A stretch of 63,827 nucleotides of DNA, counting the filler, from Stramenopiles sp. TOSAG23-6 (lineage: Eukaryota), in NCBI GenBank assembly GCA_900128565.1. It is 3 parts of 3 records of this genome, joined end to end, with 100 filler letters (N's around TTAATTAATTAA, not from the genome) between each part and the next. Parts side by side here need not be neighbours in the genome. Positions count along the whole stretch, not along the records: positions 22,283 to 44,382 come from LT636019.1; positions 44,483 to 63,827 come from LT636050.1; 1 more part is not named here. One strand, 5' to 3'. Below, in pieces: positions 43,946-56,806 of the stretch (its first letter is position 1; each line of letters begins with the position of its first letter). The position numbers were made by a program, and so were the translations under genes. The notes under the pieces were generated by a model. That model was not told where the DNA came from. It worked only from the letters and a program-made list of their open reading frames with translations, and did not search any database.

Positions 43946-44330
43946 TTATAGAAATAGTCTAAAAAAGGTGTAAAAAAATAAAATGATTGAAAAGACTAAA
44001 ATCGCTATAGGATAACATTTTTTAGAATATGGCGACTGATGAATATTGTTCACATTAGTCAAGTCCAATTCATTGACTACACTTCTAGCTTCAATCACCA
44101 ATAACGACGGAATTATATATTGAGAAAATATATTTTTGAAATTTGTTTTCAAAATTTTTGTTAGGTACAAAATGTACTAAGAAAAAAAAAATCGATATTG
44201 GTAAAAACTTCAATTATGAAAACGTACACAAACATTACTACAAGACCGGCAAATGCACCAGTAAACTTTGTTACATCTTGAACATTTCCGTCTACAAAAA
44301 AAACAAAGCACGAAATTAAGATAGGTCCAC
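43946..44330 (-). CDS. 3' exons of an amino-acid-transporter-like membrane protein (TMEM104-like), truncated by gap
   Basis: GPILISCF...NVQDVTKFTGAFAGLVVMFV-IPSLLV after intron removal. Confidence 0.55.
44115..44227 (-). mobile_element. Repeat-family intron GT...AT
   Basis: TTT GT|GTACG..TCAATATAT|A ATT. Confidence 0.8.
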
Positions 44331-44382
44331 ATGTATTTTGGAAAAATATTTCAAAAAAAAAAAACTAAAATTTGTTAGGTAC
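44331..44382 (-). mobile_element. 3' half of a repeat-family intron at a contig end
   Basis: GTACCTAAC..TTGAAATATTTTTCCAAAATACAT. Confidence 0.8.
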
Positions 44383-44482
44383 NNNNNNNNNNNNNNNNNN
44401 NNNNNNNNNNNNNNNNNNNNNNNNNNTTAATTAATTAANNNNNNNNNNNNNNNNNNNNNNNNNNNNNNNNNNNNNNNNNNNN
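44383..44482. other. Assembly linker
   Basis: N44-ttaattaattaa-N44. Confidence 0.95.
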
Positions 44483-44534
44483 TACGAAATTTTGTACCTA
44501 ACAAATTTCGAATTTAATTTTTTTTACAATATAT
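44483..44534 (+). mobile_element. 3' half of a repeat-family intron at a contig start
   Basis: TACGAAATTTTGTACCTAAC..TTACAATATAT. Confidence 0.75.
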
Positions 44535-45709
44535 GTAAATCCACCTTTATATGCAATTACTTTTGCAAATAGCGTAGAACATTTTGACAATGTACAAAAA
44601 TTTACGTCGTCTGGTGAAATCAAAGGAAATCAGTCTCCAACAAATCTTACATCCTATCCTAACAACAAAAATTCAAAATCGAGAAAAAGTTTATTATCAA
44701 AGTTACCGAGTTTGGTAAAATTGACCAATACATCAATTAATTTTAAAGAAGCTTCAATTTGTTCAATTTGTAACACGAGTTTTAATATATTTAATAGAAG
44801 ACACCATTGTCGTTTGTGTTATAATAGTTTGTGTGATAAATGTAGTAATAGTAGATTGACATTGTCCTCAAGTAAAGTTATGAAAAACACGAAAAACACA
44901 AATGAAGTAAGTCGAAATATTGGTGATATAAATGACGAGAAAGAATTATTACGTGCGTGTGATCATTGTGTCTACGCTTTAGTAAATCAACAAACGCAAA
45001 TTATGGAACAAAAGCAGAAAATCGAAACATTACAGTCAAAAAATACAAAGCAAAGTAAAATTCACACTGATGAAAAAAAACAATTAGACATTCAAATTGC
45101 TGATCTGGAGGGAAAACTCTCATTAGAACATGATGAATTATTAAGATGCAAACGTGCTATTCGACAGTACGAAGTTGATTCATCAAATATGCGAAAAATA
45201 ATCACTCATAAAAATGAAGAAATTAACAAATTGTGTAAAAAGAACCAAGAATCATTATTGAAAACTTTGACATCAAAACATAAAATAAAAAAAGAAGAAA
45301 AACAAACACAAAAAGAAATAGAACGTAGTAGAAATGTTTCTTTTGCAGATAGTGTACGTTTTCATTTCAATTTCGAATTTATTGTTTTTATACGAAATTT
45401 TGTACCTAACAAAAAACAATTTTGAAATATTTTTTCACAATACGTGTTGATATAATTGAGACAAAAGATACAAATGTATTTGTGAATTCATCAAATGATA
45501 AAATAAATGATTTGTTTCCAGATGATGAAATTGTGAATTCCCAACGAGACTTGGGACGCAATAGAATGTGTGTTTTATTTTTTCAAATATGAATTTTTTT
45601 TCGTACGAAATGTTGTACCTAACGAGTTTTTTTTTGAAATATTTTTCCAAAATACATAGGAGCTAGAAATGCTGAAAACAATGATGCTTGTCAGTGTATT
45701 ATTTCTTAG
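44535..45709 (+). CDS. FYVE-finger coiled-coil protein with C-terminal CaaX (5'-truncated); exons 44535-45353, 45446-45567, 45658-45709
   Basis: CSIC..SF..FNRRHHCRLC...LC..CS, RACDHC; spliced C-terminus ends CQCIIS*. Confidence 0.8.
45354..45445 (+). mobile_element. Repeat-family intron GT...GT
   Basis: AGT|GTACG..CACAATACGT|GTT; exon dinucleotide GT duplicated. Confidence 0.82.
45568..45657 (+). mobile_element. Repeat-family intron GT...AT
   Basis: AGA AT|GTGTG..AAAATACAT|A GGA; yields the CaaX terminus. Confidence 0.82.
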
Positions 45710-45823
45710 TGAAAAAACTCAGCGCGAATTTCGGTGACACATTTGTTAAAAAATTATATTTTTTCAGTGAATGTTTCAATAAAATATTTTAATAATAAAA
45801 ATTAGGCTTACATTTATCCTCCT

Positions 45824-46699
45824 TCAAGGATTAACCCATTGTGCAAAATAACCACCAAATATACTAGTCATACCCGCAGAGATCAAATTTACCTGAGTAT
45901 TACTAAGAAAGTCTGTGCCACATATTAAGTCACAATTCGGACCTGGAGAAGAAAAAACACATTTTTTTTCTTTTGAAAAGTAAGATACTTGAAATAACTG
46001 CCCCAGGATGGAATCGACAGCTGACCCGAAAAGACCACATATTGCCCCAATTACTGTGAGACTACACAGCTGCATGGCATCACCACCTACAAAGCAATGT
46101 CCACAAAATGCGTAAACAATACCAATAAACGCACCCCCGATTATACTTGCTATAGTCCCCACTAAAGAAACAGCTCCATTAGTTCCACGAGGAACAACTC
46201 TACACCCTAAAATTAAGCGGGGTTTAGTCATAGTTTCACCCCAATATGATGTCAAAACACCAACTTCAGATGCAAAAGTATCACCACAACAGCAAGCATA
46301 ATGGCCTAGATAGGCTGCGAGAAACCAACTAGCATTAGGAGAATCTGAAAAATTAAGAGCAATGTCATTTCCAAAGATAATGGAATATGCCAAACCTATG
46401 ATACAACCAATAATACTACAGCACAACACTTGCATTGGACCTCTAGCAGACTCCTTTTCAAAGTTAATATCGCAAGCGCGTTTTTCCTTACTACCAAATT
46501 TCGTCAAACAAGAACCAGATATGTAAAATAAGATAAGAGTTATCCCAAATCGATAAGATGCAACAAAAGAAGAGAGTCCAACAAAAAATGCGGCCTGAGC
46601 TCCATGAACGTTGAGACTCTTTCTACGTAAACCATGTAAACTAAGCACCACAGAAATAATTAATGCCAGAAAAATCCGAAAAGTAATAGCTTCAGTCAT
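45824..46699 (-). CDS. TMEM19: TMEM19/DUF92 membrane protein
   Basis: KSL...GA.AAF.VG, R...QVLC, GDT.ASE.G, VP.GTNGAVS..G, DS.LG, N..VN. Confidence 0.92.
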   Translation of the reverse strand: MTEAITFRIFLALIISVVLSLHGLRRKSLNVHGAQAAFFVGLSSFVASYRFGITLILFYISGSCLTKFGSKEKRACDINFEKESARGPMQVLCCSIIGCIIGLAYSIIFGNDIALNFSDSPNASWFLAAYLGHYACCCGDTFASEVGVLTSYWGETMTKPRLILGCRVVPRGTNGAVSLVGTIASIIGGAFIGIVYAFCGHCFVGGDAMQLCSLTVIGAICGLFGSAVDSILGQLFQVSYFSKEKKCVFSSPGPNCDLICGTDFLSNTQVNLISAGMTSIFGGYFAQWVNP

Positions 46700-47803
46700 T
46701 ATAAATAAAGCTAATTTTCCAAAAGGTAGGTAATAGAAAAATAAATTTATTGAATAAGAAACCAATAAGAGTGAATCCGCGCGAGGTTCTTGACCATTGC
46801 GAAACACGAAATACGTACTACAAAAAAATATCTCGTTACTCCCTCTCTTCAATGAAAAACAGACTGGACAAAATTAAATATATCAATCAGAGATTGAATA
46901 TATAAAATAATGCAGACCCAGTCAGAAAAAAAAATCCAAAATAAAAAAAAAACACGAGATTATTACAGTGACTACATATGAGTTCTAAAATTCAATATAA
47001 ATATTGAAAGTTAGAGATATGTAATATATAATAACTTCTGTTATTAGAAGATCCTACTTCAGTGACTACAATGTAATATGTAATAGCGTCAGAAAAAAAA
47101 GAATTGTCAAATTACTATCCAGTTGTGAAGGTTGGTGCCCACAATAATGAAAAGAAAAAAAAGAAAAATAAGAGAATCCGGTTCTAAGGATCGGTGCCTA
47201 TTCAGGGGTCGGTGTCCCCTGTCCAGTTTCTAAGGGTTTGGTGCCCATCCAGTTTCTAAGGGTTGGTGCCCATCCAATAATCGGGAAGACCTTTTGACCA
47301 GTTTTTCAATATTGACCGCGCAAAAACGCAAACCTGCTAGAGTTGACTATAGTATACAGTATACTGTATACTTAGTTAGTCTTAGTATACCTAGTCTTAC
47401 TAATACTATTTTTAATTTTTTTATGAAAGATACGTTGAACCCCACATTTGTTTTTTATTGTTTCTTTAACTATTACAAATGCACAAACCTGGTTTCAAGT
47501 AACAATGGATGAATCCTATTTGATAGATCAAGGTGATTATACTAGAAGTGTTTGGCGATGTATTCAATCATTGTAACAATGGTGGGTAAAGTCAAAGGCG
47601 CGGTACTGTGCGTACGATGAGATGTGGAGATTTATCTCTTGATGAATAATTTAATTGCTGAGCAAAGATAACCAACAGAAAATCATACATCTCTTACCGT
47701 ATTTTTATAATAGAAAGAAAATGAAAGAAATCGCAAAAACTTTTTTTAAGAAAGTATTATTTTTCATATGAAGCATATTAGCTAATATACCAGCTCATCA
47801 CGT

Positions 47804-48658
47804 CTATCTCCTAAATCGGAAAGACTCGTTTTTGCTCGATGGACTTGTTTGACTCGCATTCTTTGTCGGTTGATTCTTTTCGTTTTCCTTTTCTTTTTTG
47901 GCGACTTCCTTTTGTACAGTCGGTTGTGTATTTTCGTTTTCTTTTTCTTTTTTGGCGACAGGTTGATTCTTTTCGTTTTCTTTTTCTTTTTCTTCTTCCT
48001 GTTTGGCGACATTGACTACTTCCTTTTGTACAGCAACCTCATCACTTGCCTGTACCTTGTGGCTTTCTTCAATCTCGGCATTGTTTTTTACTGAAACGTC
48101 GTTTAGACGTTTGTCAGTTTGGGTAGCACTCGCCAAAGCTCCATCCGTCGTTGTAGAAGCCGAGTGTAAGTTCTCGGCAGCTGCGTTCCTCTCCTGATTT
48201 TTTTGCAATACGTTACCAGCGGCCATAGTTAGTACCTTTTGTCTTTGAGCATTAGCAGTGTTTTCAGATTTTTTTCTTTGCTTTTCAGTTTTATCTTTTT
48301 CAGCATTGAGCTTTTGAGTGGATTTTTTTTCTTCTTGTTCCTTGTCATTTTCAATCTTCTGGCTCGCCTCTTTTTTTTTTTTCGCTTTTTCAATTGCTCC
48401 TTGTACCTCATTTTCGTTTTCTTTTGTCTTAAGCTCATCTTTGACACTTTTAACTGCGTTTTCTTTACTCAAAGCTGTCGATGACGGCGCGGTATTCGAC
48501 CCTTCCGTTGTGGTTGCCGCTTGTTGTTCTTTCGGCCCTTTCGACTGGGGTTTCGCTTGTTGGGTTTGTTCAACCTGGGTTTCCTTTGCATTTTCCATTG
48601 ATAAAGAGCTTGACACAAGAAAAGCAAAAATAACTGGAACAATGAATAAGCTTTTCAT
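47804..48658 (-). CDS. Secreted K/E/Q-rich low-complexity protein
   Basis: Signal-peptide-like N-terminus; VAKKEKENEKNQP repeats. Confidence 0.65.
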   Translation of the reverse strand: MKSLFIVPVIFAFLVSSSLSMENAKETQVEQTQQAKPQSKGPKEQQAATTTEGSNTAPSSTALSKENAVKSVKDELKTKENENEVQGAIEKAKKKKEASQKIENDKEQEEKKSTQKLNAEKDKTEKQRKKSENTANAQRQKVLTMAAGNVLQKNQERNAAAENLHSASTTTDGALASATQTDKRLNDVSVKNNAEIEESHKVQASDEVAVQKEVVNVAKQEEEKEKENEKNQPVAKKEKENENTQPTVQKEVAKKEKENEKNQPTKNASQTSPSSKNESFRFRR

Positions 48659-49255
48659 TTTGTAAAATGTAAGAGTTTGATCTCTTTTATGAAAGTAGGT
48701 ATGGGTAGTTTCACTAATTGCGAATTCAGAACGTATCTTGGATGGATCCGATCTAGATCAGTCTCAAACGAGAAAAAGGCAAAAAAAAAGTCCTTCATTA
48801 AATTTTTGCGCAAACCTGTCACATCGACATCATCGAAATTCGAAAATTTCGAAATAATAATTTTGAATTTGAAATTTGAAATTTTGAAAAAAGAGGGAAA
48901 AAAGAGAGGATCTGAGTCGTCTACTCCCAGTAATCAGCAGTTGCAAGTTTGTACCAAAACGTGTTGCTTGTTCAGACCACTCCATTGGAGACAATATAAT
49001 GAACATGTCTTGTTGGATAAGGATATAATACAATACGATGTACTGATTCAACCTTTTAGAAGTAAAAATTTTGTATTTCGTGTCATTTTTGTATTACATA
49101 CGAAATTTTCTACTAAAAAACATCTTTATTTCGTGTGAATTATCTGATGAGAAGAACTCCAAAAGAAGTCAGTAGGAACTTCGAGGAACGCGAAAAACTC
49201 AAGCGAACTCAAGTGACGAATTTAGTGATCATTTATTGTTTTACTGCATCTTATA

Positions 49256-51028
49256 ATGGAAACAATGAAAAGTCTTTGTGTCATCATCCTTTTGCTCGGG
49301 TTTGTCACAACGAATGCAAAATTCATCGATTTTGAGTATGAGCTGTCGAAGCAAGACCCTACTTTTTACAAAGAGATCGACTGGTCAAACAGAATACTTG
49401 AGCACGAGGATGTGAAAGAAAGATGGACGAGAGAAGCGACTATCATGAGTGGATTTGGAAGACTTGAGTACGAACATAATAATTTTGCGTCAAAAGTTTA
49501 TGGTGGGTGTAACACAAAGAAACAAATCAAATTTGTTCCTAAGAAAGTAAAAGATTTTCAAAAGTTATCCTTTCATCACGACGGTTTGCGTGCGTTTGAT
49601 GAGGTATTTACGTTTAACGGGAATGCAAAGCAATTGAAAAAAAATGGAACTCTTCCTCAGACCCAAGAGAAATTATGGAAACAAATCAAAACTTCATTGG
49701 AGAAGAAAATGCCAAAATGTTTACCTCGACCTGGATATTGTGGCAAGTGTGAAGATCATCAAACAAAGAACGAATGTGAGGCCAAGGTAGACTCTACTAC
49801 TAATGAAAAACAAGGTTGTTCTTGGCATGAGAATTTGCACATCCACAAGATCAGCGAAGTATATCCTGCTCGTGAACATTTATGTACGTTTTCATCATTA
49901 ATGTAAGATTAATTTGCTTTGTACCAAATTTCCTTCCTAACAAATTTCAAATTTGATATATTTTTTTAGAATACATCCTCTGCAGAAGAAACATTCTGGA
50001 ATAAAATAAAGAATGAAGAAAAAATACAATATTCTAATGGGATAACCTGGAAAAAATATGCGGAAACACTTGCCTCGTTACATCGAGTGAGTAAATATAA
50101 TTTGCCTACTGTATTTTCAAAAACATCAAAGTACCAAGTTTTTGAAAAGCTTAATGAAAACGTTTCGATTCAAGACACATGTCCTGATATCAATATTATA
50201 GGAGGAATATCAGCGTTACCTAAAGTTCACGTTGATTACGTTGATGTATTTTTGGCCTATATGTATGAATCTGCAATTGGAGGAAGTTCAAAACCTGAAG
50301 ACAGACTTGCGTCTATTGATGAGAATAATAATCTTCGAACTCCGAACCTATATTTCACGGAAATGTACAACATATGGTCACCTTTACTTTCGCTTAAGAC
50401 TGATCCTCTTGCTTTCCGTGTTGAAGATAGTATTAACAAACCTGCGATTGAACTCAAAGAAGGACGACAAACATGCGACACTGTAAAAGATAAAAAATTT
50501 TGGTTTACCGAAGACTTAAATATTGGCCAAGGTCTCGTTTTCAAAACGAATAAAGTGCAACATACGTCAACGAATTCTATGGGGATTATGGATGAAGATA
50601 TCTCTGCAAAAACAAATTGTCGTATATCAAGTGAAAACCGTTTTTGGGTGTTAGTGGAGGAAGCACCGCGACCATATCCGGATCCTAATGATCCAGATGA
50701 GAAAGATCATGTGGCGGGTACTTGCAACGACGACTTGCCATTTATTCAAAGACAGGGAAAAAATCCATACTCGAAAAAAAAATCATGGTGGACACCAATT
50801 ATAATATATATAGTTGTTGTAACATGTGTATTAATTTTGGCAGCTATTATAATTATTTATATTATAAGAAGAAGAAAAAATGAAAAATCTACAACAGCTG
50901 ACAGTTCAGCAGCACCAACTCAACTAAGCAAAGGACCAGTTCAAAGGTCAAATACCCCAATGAATAATGTCCAAGTAATACCAGTTAAAGGGTTAAATAC
51001 CCCAATGAATATCGAAGTAATAGGGTAA
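49256..51028 (+). CDS. Type I membrane protein of unknown function; exons 49256-49883 and 49977-51028
   Basis: Signal peptide; TM followed by RRRK; two ORFs join after intron removal. Confidence 0.7.
49884..49976 (+). mobile_element. Repeat-family intron GT...AT
   Basis: TTA T|GTACG..TCCTAAC..AGAATACAT|CC; the AG 7 nt upstream would create TAA. Confidence 0.8.
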
Positions 51029-51257
51029 AGCATCGTTTCTTTTAGGCTGGGAATTTGAAAGTTTTTACGATAGTTTCATACGATAGCTTCATTTTATCTA
51101 CTCTATTTTTTGTATGTTATGAAAGACATAAGATGTAGATTAAAACATTTATCTGAACTATGGTCTTGTTGAAAATATATGGTACATACTTTTTTTATAA
51201 TAAAAAATATATCTTACGTGATACCTACTACATACTACTCCATACATCTTAGACAAA

Positions 51258-53653
51258 CTACAAAGGTATCTTCATTCTAGCAACAGAAACAGCATGATCC
51301 AGTAGAGTGCAATCTACATGATTAGGCAGTGTTACTTTTAATCTTGGCGTTCGTTTCATTTCACGTTTTATCGCATCTTCAGCATTATTATTTTTAGCCC
51401 ATGATCTACGAGAAATTCCATTGTTTACATCCCAGAGTAAGACACTCTTTGCACGTTCGGCAGCCTCTAACGTTCCATCCAATACAAGTCCAAATCCACC
51501 GTTAATAACCTCACCCCATCCGCAACCACCACCATTATGCAAAGCTACCCAAGTACATCCTCTAATAGCATCTCCGACAAAGTTTTGAACGGCCATATCA
51601 GCACAAAAATGAGAACCATCTTCAATATTACTTGTTTCTCTATATGGAGAATCTGTACCACTTACATCATGATGATCACGTGATAAAATTACAGGACCTT
51701 TCAACTTTCCCGATGCTATCGCTTCATTAAATGCCAATGCAATTTTTGTTCTACCCTCACAGTCCGCATAAAGTATTCGAGCTTCAGAGCCAACGACAAG
51801 GTTGTTACTTTCAGCATTTTCAATCCACATAATATTATCATTGAGCTGTGCAATTACTTTCGCAGGTGCAAGTTCCTTTTGCTCTGTCATTACTTGAGCA
51901 GCAATTGTATCAGTCATTTTCAAATCATCATGATTTAGACTTGTACATATATTGTAAAGAAATATTTTTTTTGTAAAATTTGTTAGGTACGAAATTTCGT
52001 ATCAAAAAAAAAATAAAATTGAAATAGATGATGAAAACGTACAAACCCATCGAAAAGGTCCAAAACCCAAAGAAAATATATCACCCATTATATCTTGAAC
52101 ATAAGAGGGATAACGAAAATTAATATTTGAATTATTTTCTTCAGCAGCATTACATTTCGTGTTTGTATTAACTTCTTCAGAGGAAACAATAGATACATCA
52201 GCACCAGCAGCAGCAGCTTCCTTTAAAAATGCATTTCCATAATCCCAAAAAAAAACTCCTTTTGAAGCTAAATTATTTATTGCATTCACCTGACGACGAA
52301 GAGATTTTTGGACGCACTCTTTAAACAATTTTGGATTTTTCACCATGAGTTCGTTCGATTCTTCTACAGATAAATCTACGGGGTAATAACCACCGGCCCA
52401 AGGGTTGTGGAGAGACGTTTGGTCTGAACCTAAATCAATCAGGACTTCTCCAGTTTTATCAGCAATAGAAGAAAATTTTTCCCAGACATCAACAATATTT
52501 CCATGGAAACCAATTGAAATAGATTCCTTTTTTGCTTTTGCTTCTCTCGTACGATGAATTAATTCATCAATATCAGTAATTTTTTCCAAGACCCATCCTT
52601 GCTCGTGTCTTTTATTTAAAGCATCTTCATTAACCTCACATAATATACCTACAGCACCACACACAACAGCAGCTTTGGCTTGTGCACCACTCATTCCACC
52701 AAGGCCAGAGGATAAATAAACTTTCCCTGATAAGTTGGATGACCCAAGATATTTACGACCAGCATTCAAAATGGTAATGGTGGTACCATGTATTTTGGAA
52801 AAATATTTCACAAAAAAATCGTTAGGTACAAAATTTCGTACGAAAAAACAATCGAAATTGAAAAAAAATAAAACATACATGAACTATACCTTGAGGACCA
52901 ATATAGCAATAAGAACCTGCTGTCATTTGACCATACATGGAGACACCCATACATTGTGAAAAATATTTCAAAAACTTGAAATTCGTTAGGAACAATATTT
53001 TTTTTGTACAAAAAAATAAACACAAAAGTCATGAAGATAACGTATAGAGCAAACATTTTCTCATAATCTTGTTTTGAACTATGATTTGGAATAACCATAC
53101 CATTCGTTAAGACACATCGAGGGGCACCAGAATGAGATGGATATATCCCTTGTGGGTGCCCAGAAGCCATAACAAGAGTTTGCTTATTATCCATTTGGCA
53201 TAAATAGTACATGAGTAAGTGATACTGTGCCCAGTTGCTAAGGACTTGACCATTACCACCATACGTAACAAGTTCATGCGGATATTGTGCAACACGATAG
53301 TCAAGATTGTTCATAACCATTAATATTATAGAAGCTGCTTGGTTACTCTCACATGGATATGTATCAAGTGGATAAGCTTTCATTTCATATTCTGTTGGTC
53401 GGAAGCGATACATGTATATATGACCATAATTTCGAAGTTCCTCCGCAAACTCTGGAGCAAGCTCAGCATGGAATTGAGACGGGAAATAACGGAGCGCGTT
53501 CGCAATAGCCTGCGATGTCTCTGATTTCGATAAGTTAGGCCGACGTTTGGGAGCGTGAGGCACTGATGAATCTCGTGACACAGGTGGTGGAAGAGGCGAT
53601 AATGGAATACCTGCAGGTAGAAGTTTTTTAAGAACAGAAGCAACGCAACTCAT
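51258..53653 (-). CDS. UROC1: Urocanate hydratase, eukaryotic type, with three repeat-family introns
   Basis: NNLD..VAQ.P.ELVTYGGNGQ, YGQMTAGSYCYIGPQGIVHGT, GLGGMSGAQ, DQTS.HN, DYGN, GFGPFRWVC, SRDHHDVSG, HNGGG. Confidence 0.97.
51947..52042 (-). mobile_element. Repeat-family intron GT...AT
   Basis: GTT T|GTACG..ACAATATAT|GT; restores GPFRWVCTS. Confidence 0.9.
52788..52878 (-). mobile_element. Repeat-family intron GT...AT
   Basis: CAT|GTATG..AAAATACAT|GGT; restores PQGIVHGTT. Confidence 0.92.
52949..53045 (-). mobile_element. Repeat-family intron with AT donor (AT...AT)
   Basis: GCT CT|ATACG..CACAATGTAT|G GGT; restores MFALGVSMYGQ. Confidence 0.85.
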
Positions 53654-54102
53654 CTTTAACTAATATTAAATATGGTTTCTATTCAATATCAAGATGGTAG
53701 AATAGTAATCAACCAAAAGACCAATTTTTAGAATCTCAACAGATTAGATTGAGATTGTTTTTTTTAGTAGGAACACATAAATGATGTCAACATAAAAACA
53801 CTATTCGATTTGAGATTGAGATTTCGTGATTTCCACGGTTTCGTGTAATTTCGCAAACAATTCTCACGTGTAATCTATTGTGTTAATTCTGTTTACCTAT
53901 GTTTTGTTTTTATCGGTTTTGATGTATTTACTTTGTTGTATTATGCATGTTTATTACTTATAAATAAAAATTGGCTTGCTAAAAATTTGTTTCACTCATA
54001 CAAATTCCATAGCTAATACCATTCAAAATAATCGGAGACTTTTACCAAAATTTCGATTTTTTTGGAGACTTTTACCAAAATTTCGATTTTTTTTTTCTTA
54101 CT

Positions 54103-55172
54103 TTAGCTAAATGGACTAGAAAAGTTATAGGCATCCGGGTCAACAATAGTGACTATATCACCTTTCGATTGTTTAATTTCAGATCCTGTGTCGCTCCACA
54201 TGTATAGTAAAAAATATTTGGAATTTAAATTTTTGTTAGGTACAAAATTTTCATACAAAAAAAAATTTTAATTTAAAATTTCGAAACGTACATCCATTTT
54301 TGACAAACTTCATTATATTCCCACACTCCAGAATGTGAATAATTTTTAAATTTTCGAGATATAGAAGGGGTAAATTTTCTTGGTTTGTATGAAAAATCAT
54401 CTTCTTGGCTATTCGGTGTTGAAACTCTTTGAGTAATAGGAGCACCCCATTTATCTCTTACAATAGTTTGTTGTTTTAATGAATTAGCAACTAAATTTTC
54501 ACGACGAACTTTTTGCAACTTTCTAAATTGCTGCTGAGGACTCAAATATTGTTTCTGTCTTGACATTTGTTTGTTGTTTTTAATTGTTCTTCTCTTTCGA
54601 TGTTTTTCAAATAATTCCATTTGTTTTCTTTTCTCAGTTTCTGTAAAGGATACACAATTATTCCATATTGTCTTTTTTAAAAGTTTAGGGTGATTTGGCA
54701 TTTCACCACCCCAGTGCTGTCTCTGAGGTTGCTTCGCTACTGAATCAAATAGACTTTGATCCAACTCAAATTTTGATGCTTTTGGCCTAAATTTCAGATT
54801 TTTGCGAGGTAAAACTTCAGCTCTGAAATTATATTTCATACCTTGCAAGGGAGGGTCGTTTGCCTTTTGTTGATTAGAACTATTAAAACATCTCTCATTT
54901 TGATTTCGTGTTGTTGTTGAATTCCAAAGTTTCCGTCGAACTTGCAAAATATCTTTTCGTTTTGATTGAAGGACATACTCTTTTGCTAATCGTGCTTTCT
55001 CAGGAATATCAGAGATATGAAAAACACTTTCATTCTTAGGGTAGTGGATTCTATCTCCACGACAACTTCCAATCTGAAACTTGGCCCGGGTAAAATCGTG
55101 AGTGCTTGAAGTAGAAACTTTCTTTTTAATAGGAGTTCCTCCGCTCAGACTTTCAATACTCCGACGAGACAT
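54103..55172 (-). CDS. Hypothetical basic protein; exons 55172-54292 and 54199-54103
   Basis: ORF continues HSGVWEYN..WM-WSDTGS..GD..T after intron removal. Confidence 0.7.
54200..54291 (-). mobile_element. Repeat-family intron GT...AT
   Basis: TGG AT|GTACG..TACTATACAT|G TGG. Confidence 0.85.
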
Positions 55173-55509
55173 TATTATTAATACTAGTAATTGATTCTTA
55201 TTCAAAAAATACTAGAAGCGTATCTTAATATTGTATAAAAGGAAAAATAGCGGGAAAGTAGATATAATATTGAAGGACTACTAAGTATTAAATTTTGTAA
55301 CCGTGACTGCCCTTGACTGGCTAAATAAATTTGAAATTCAACTGGAAATCGCGCGACTCGAGCGCGAGCGAGAGACCTTCAATCGTCGTCGTCGTCGCAA
55401 AAAAAAATTATCAAAGTCGAAGAGAGACTGCATAACAAACAAGAGTTTATAGTTGTTTCGCAAATTAGTAAAAGCGGCATATTATCGACTAATAGTTTGG
55501 CCATACACA

Positions 55510-56484
<975 letters not shown>

Positions 56485-56806
56485 TAATTTTTATTCACTT
56501 GGTGAAGTTTTGATTTTATATGTAATAATAATAATAATATTGCGTTTATTTTGTACGATTTCTTTTGTTTTTCTTTCTTATTTTTTTTTCCCAAAAATGG
56601 CACAAAGCTGTTAATGAAAAAAAAGAAAAAAAAAACGGAAATTTATAGAAAACGTATCATAAATACAGCAACAGCAACAAGTTCTCTCTTCGCCAGTACT
56701 TACACAAAGAAGAAGAATACAAAAGATTGTCACCAGTATTTATACAAAGAAGAAGAATACAAAAAAATCTCTCGGTTTTGAAAAAGTTGGCAACAACTTC
56801 AACTAA

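Noticed and set aside
46860-47780. Long intergenic stretch with short GC-richer repeats at ~47180-47275
   Set aside because: No supportable ORF, RNA gene or transposase signal
51258-53653. Fragmented ORFs as pseudogenes or frameshifts
   Set aside because: Each break coincides with one repeat copy, and exact removal restores conserved motifs with no other lesions
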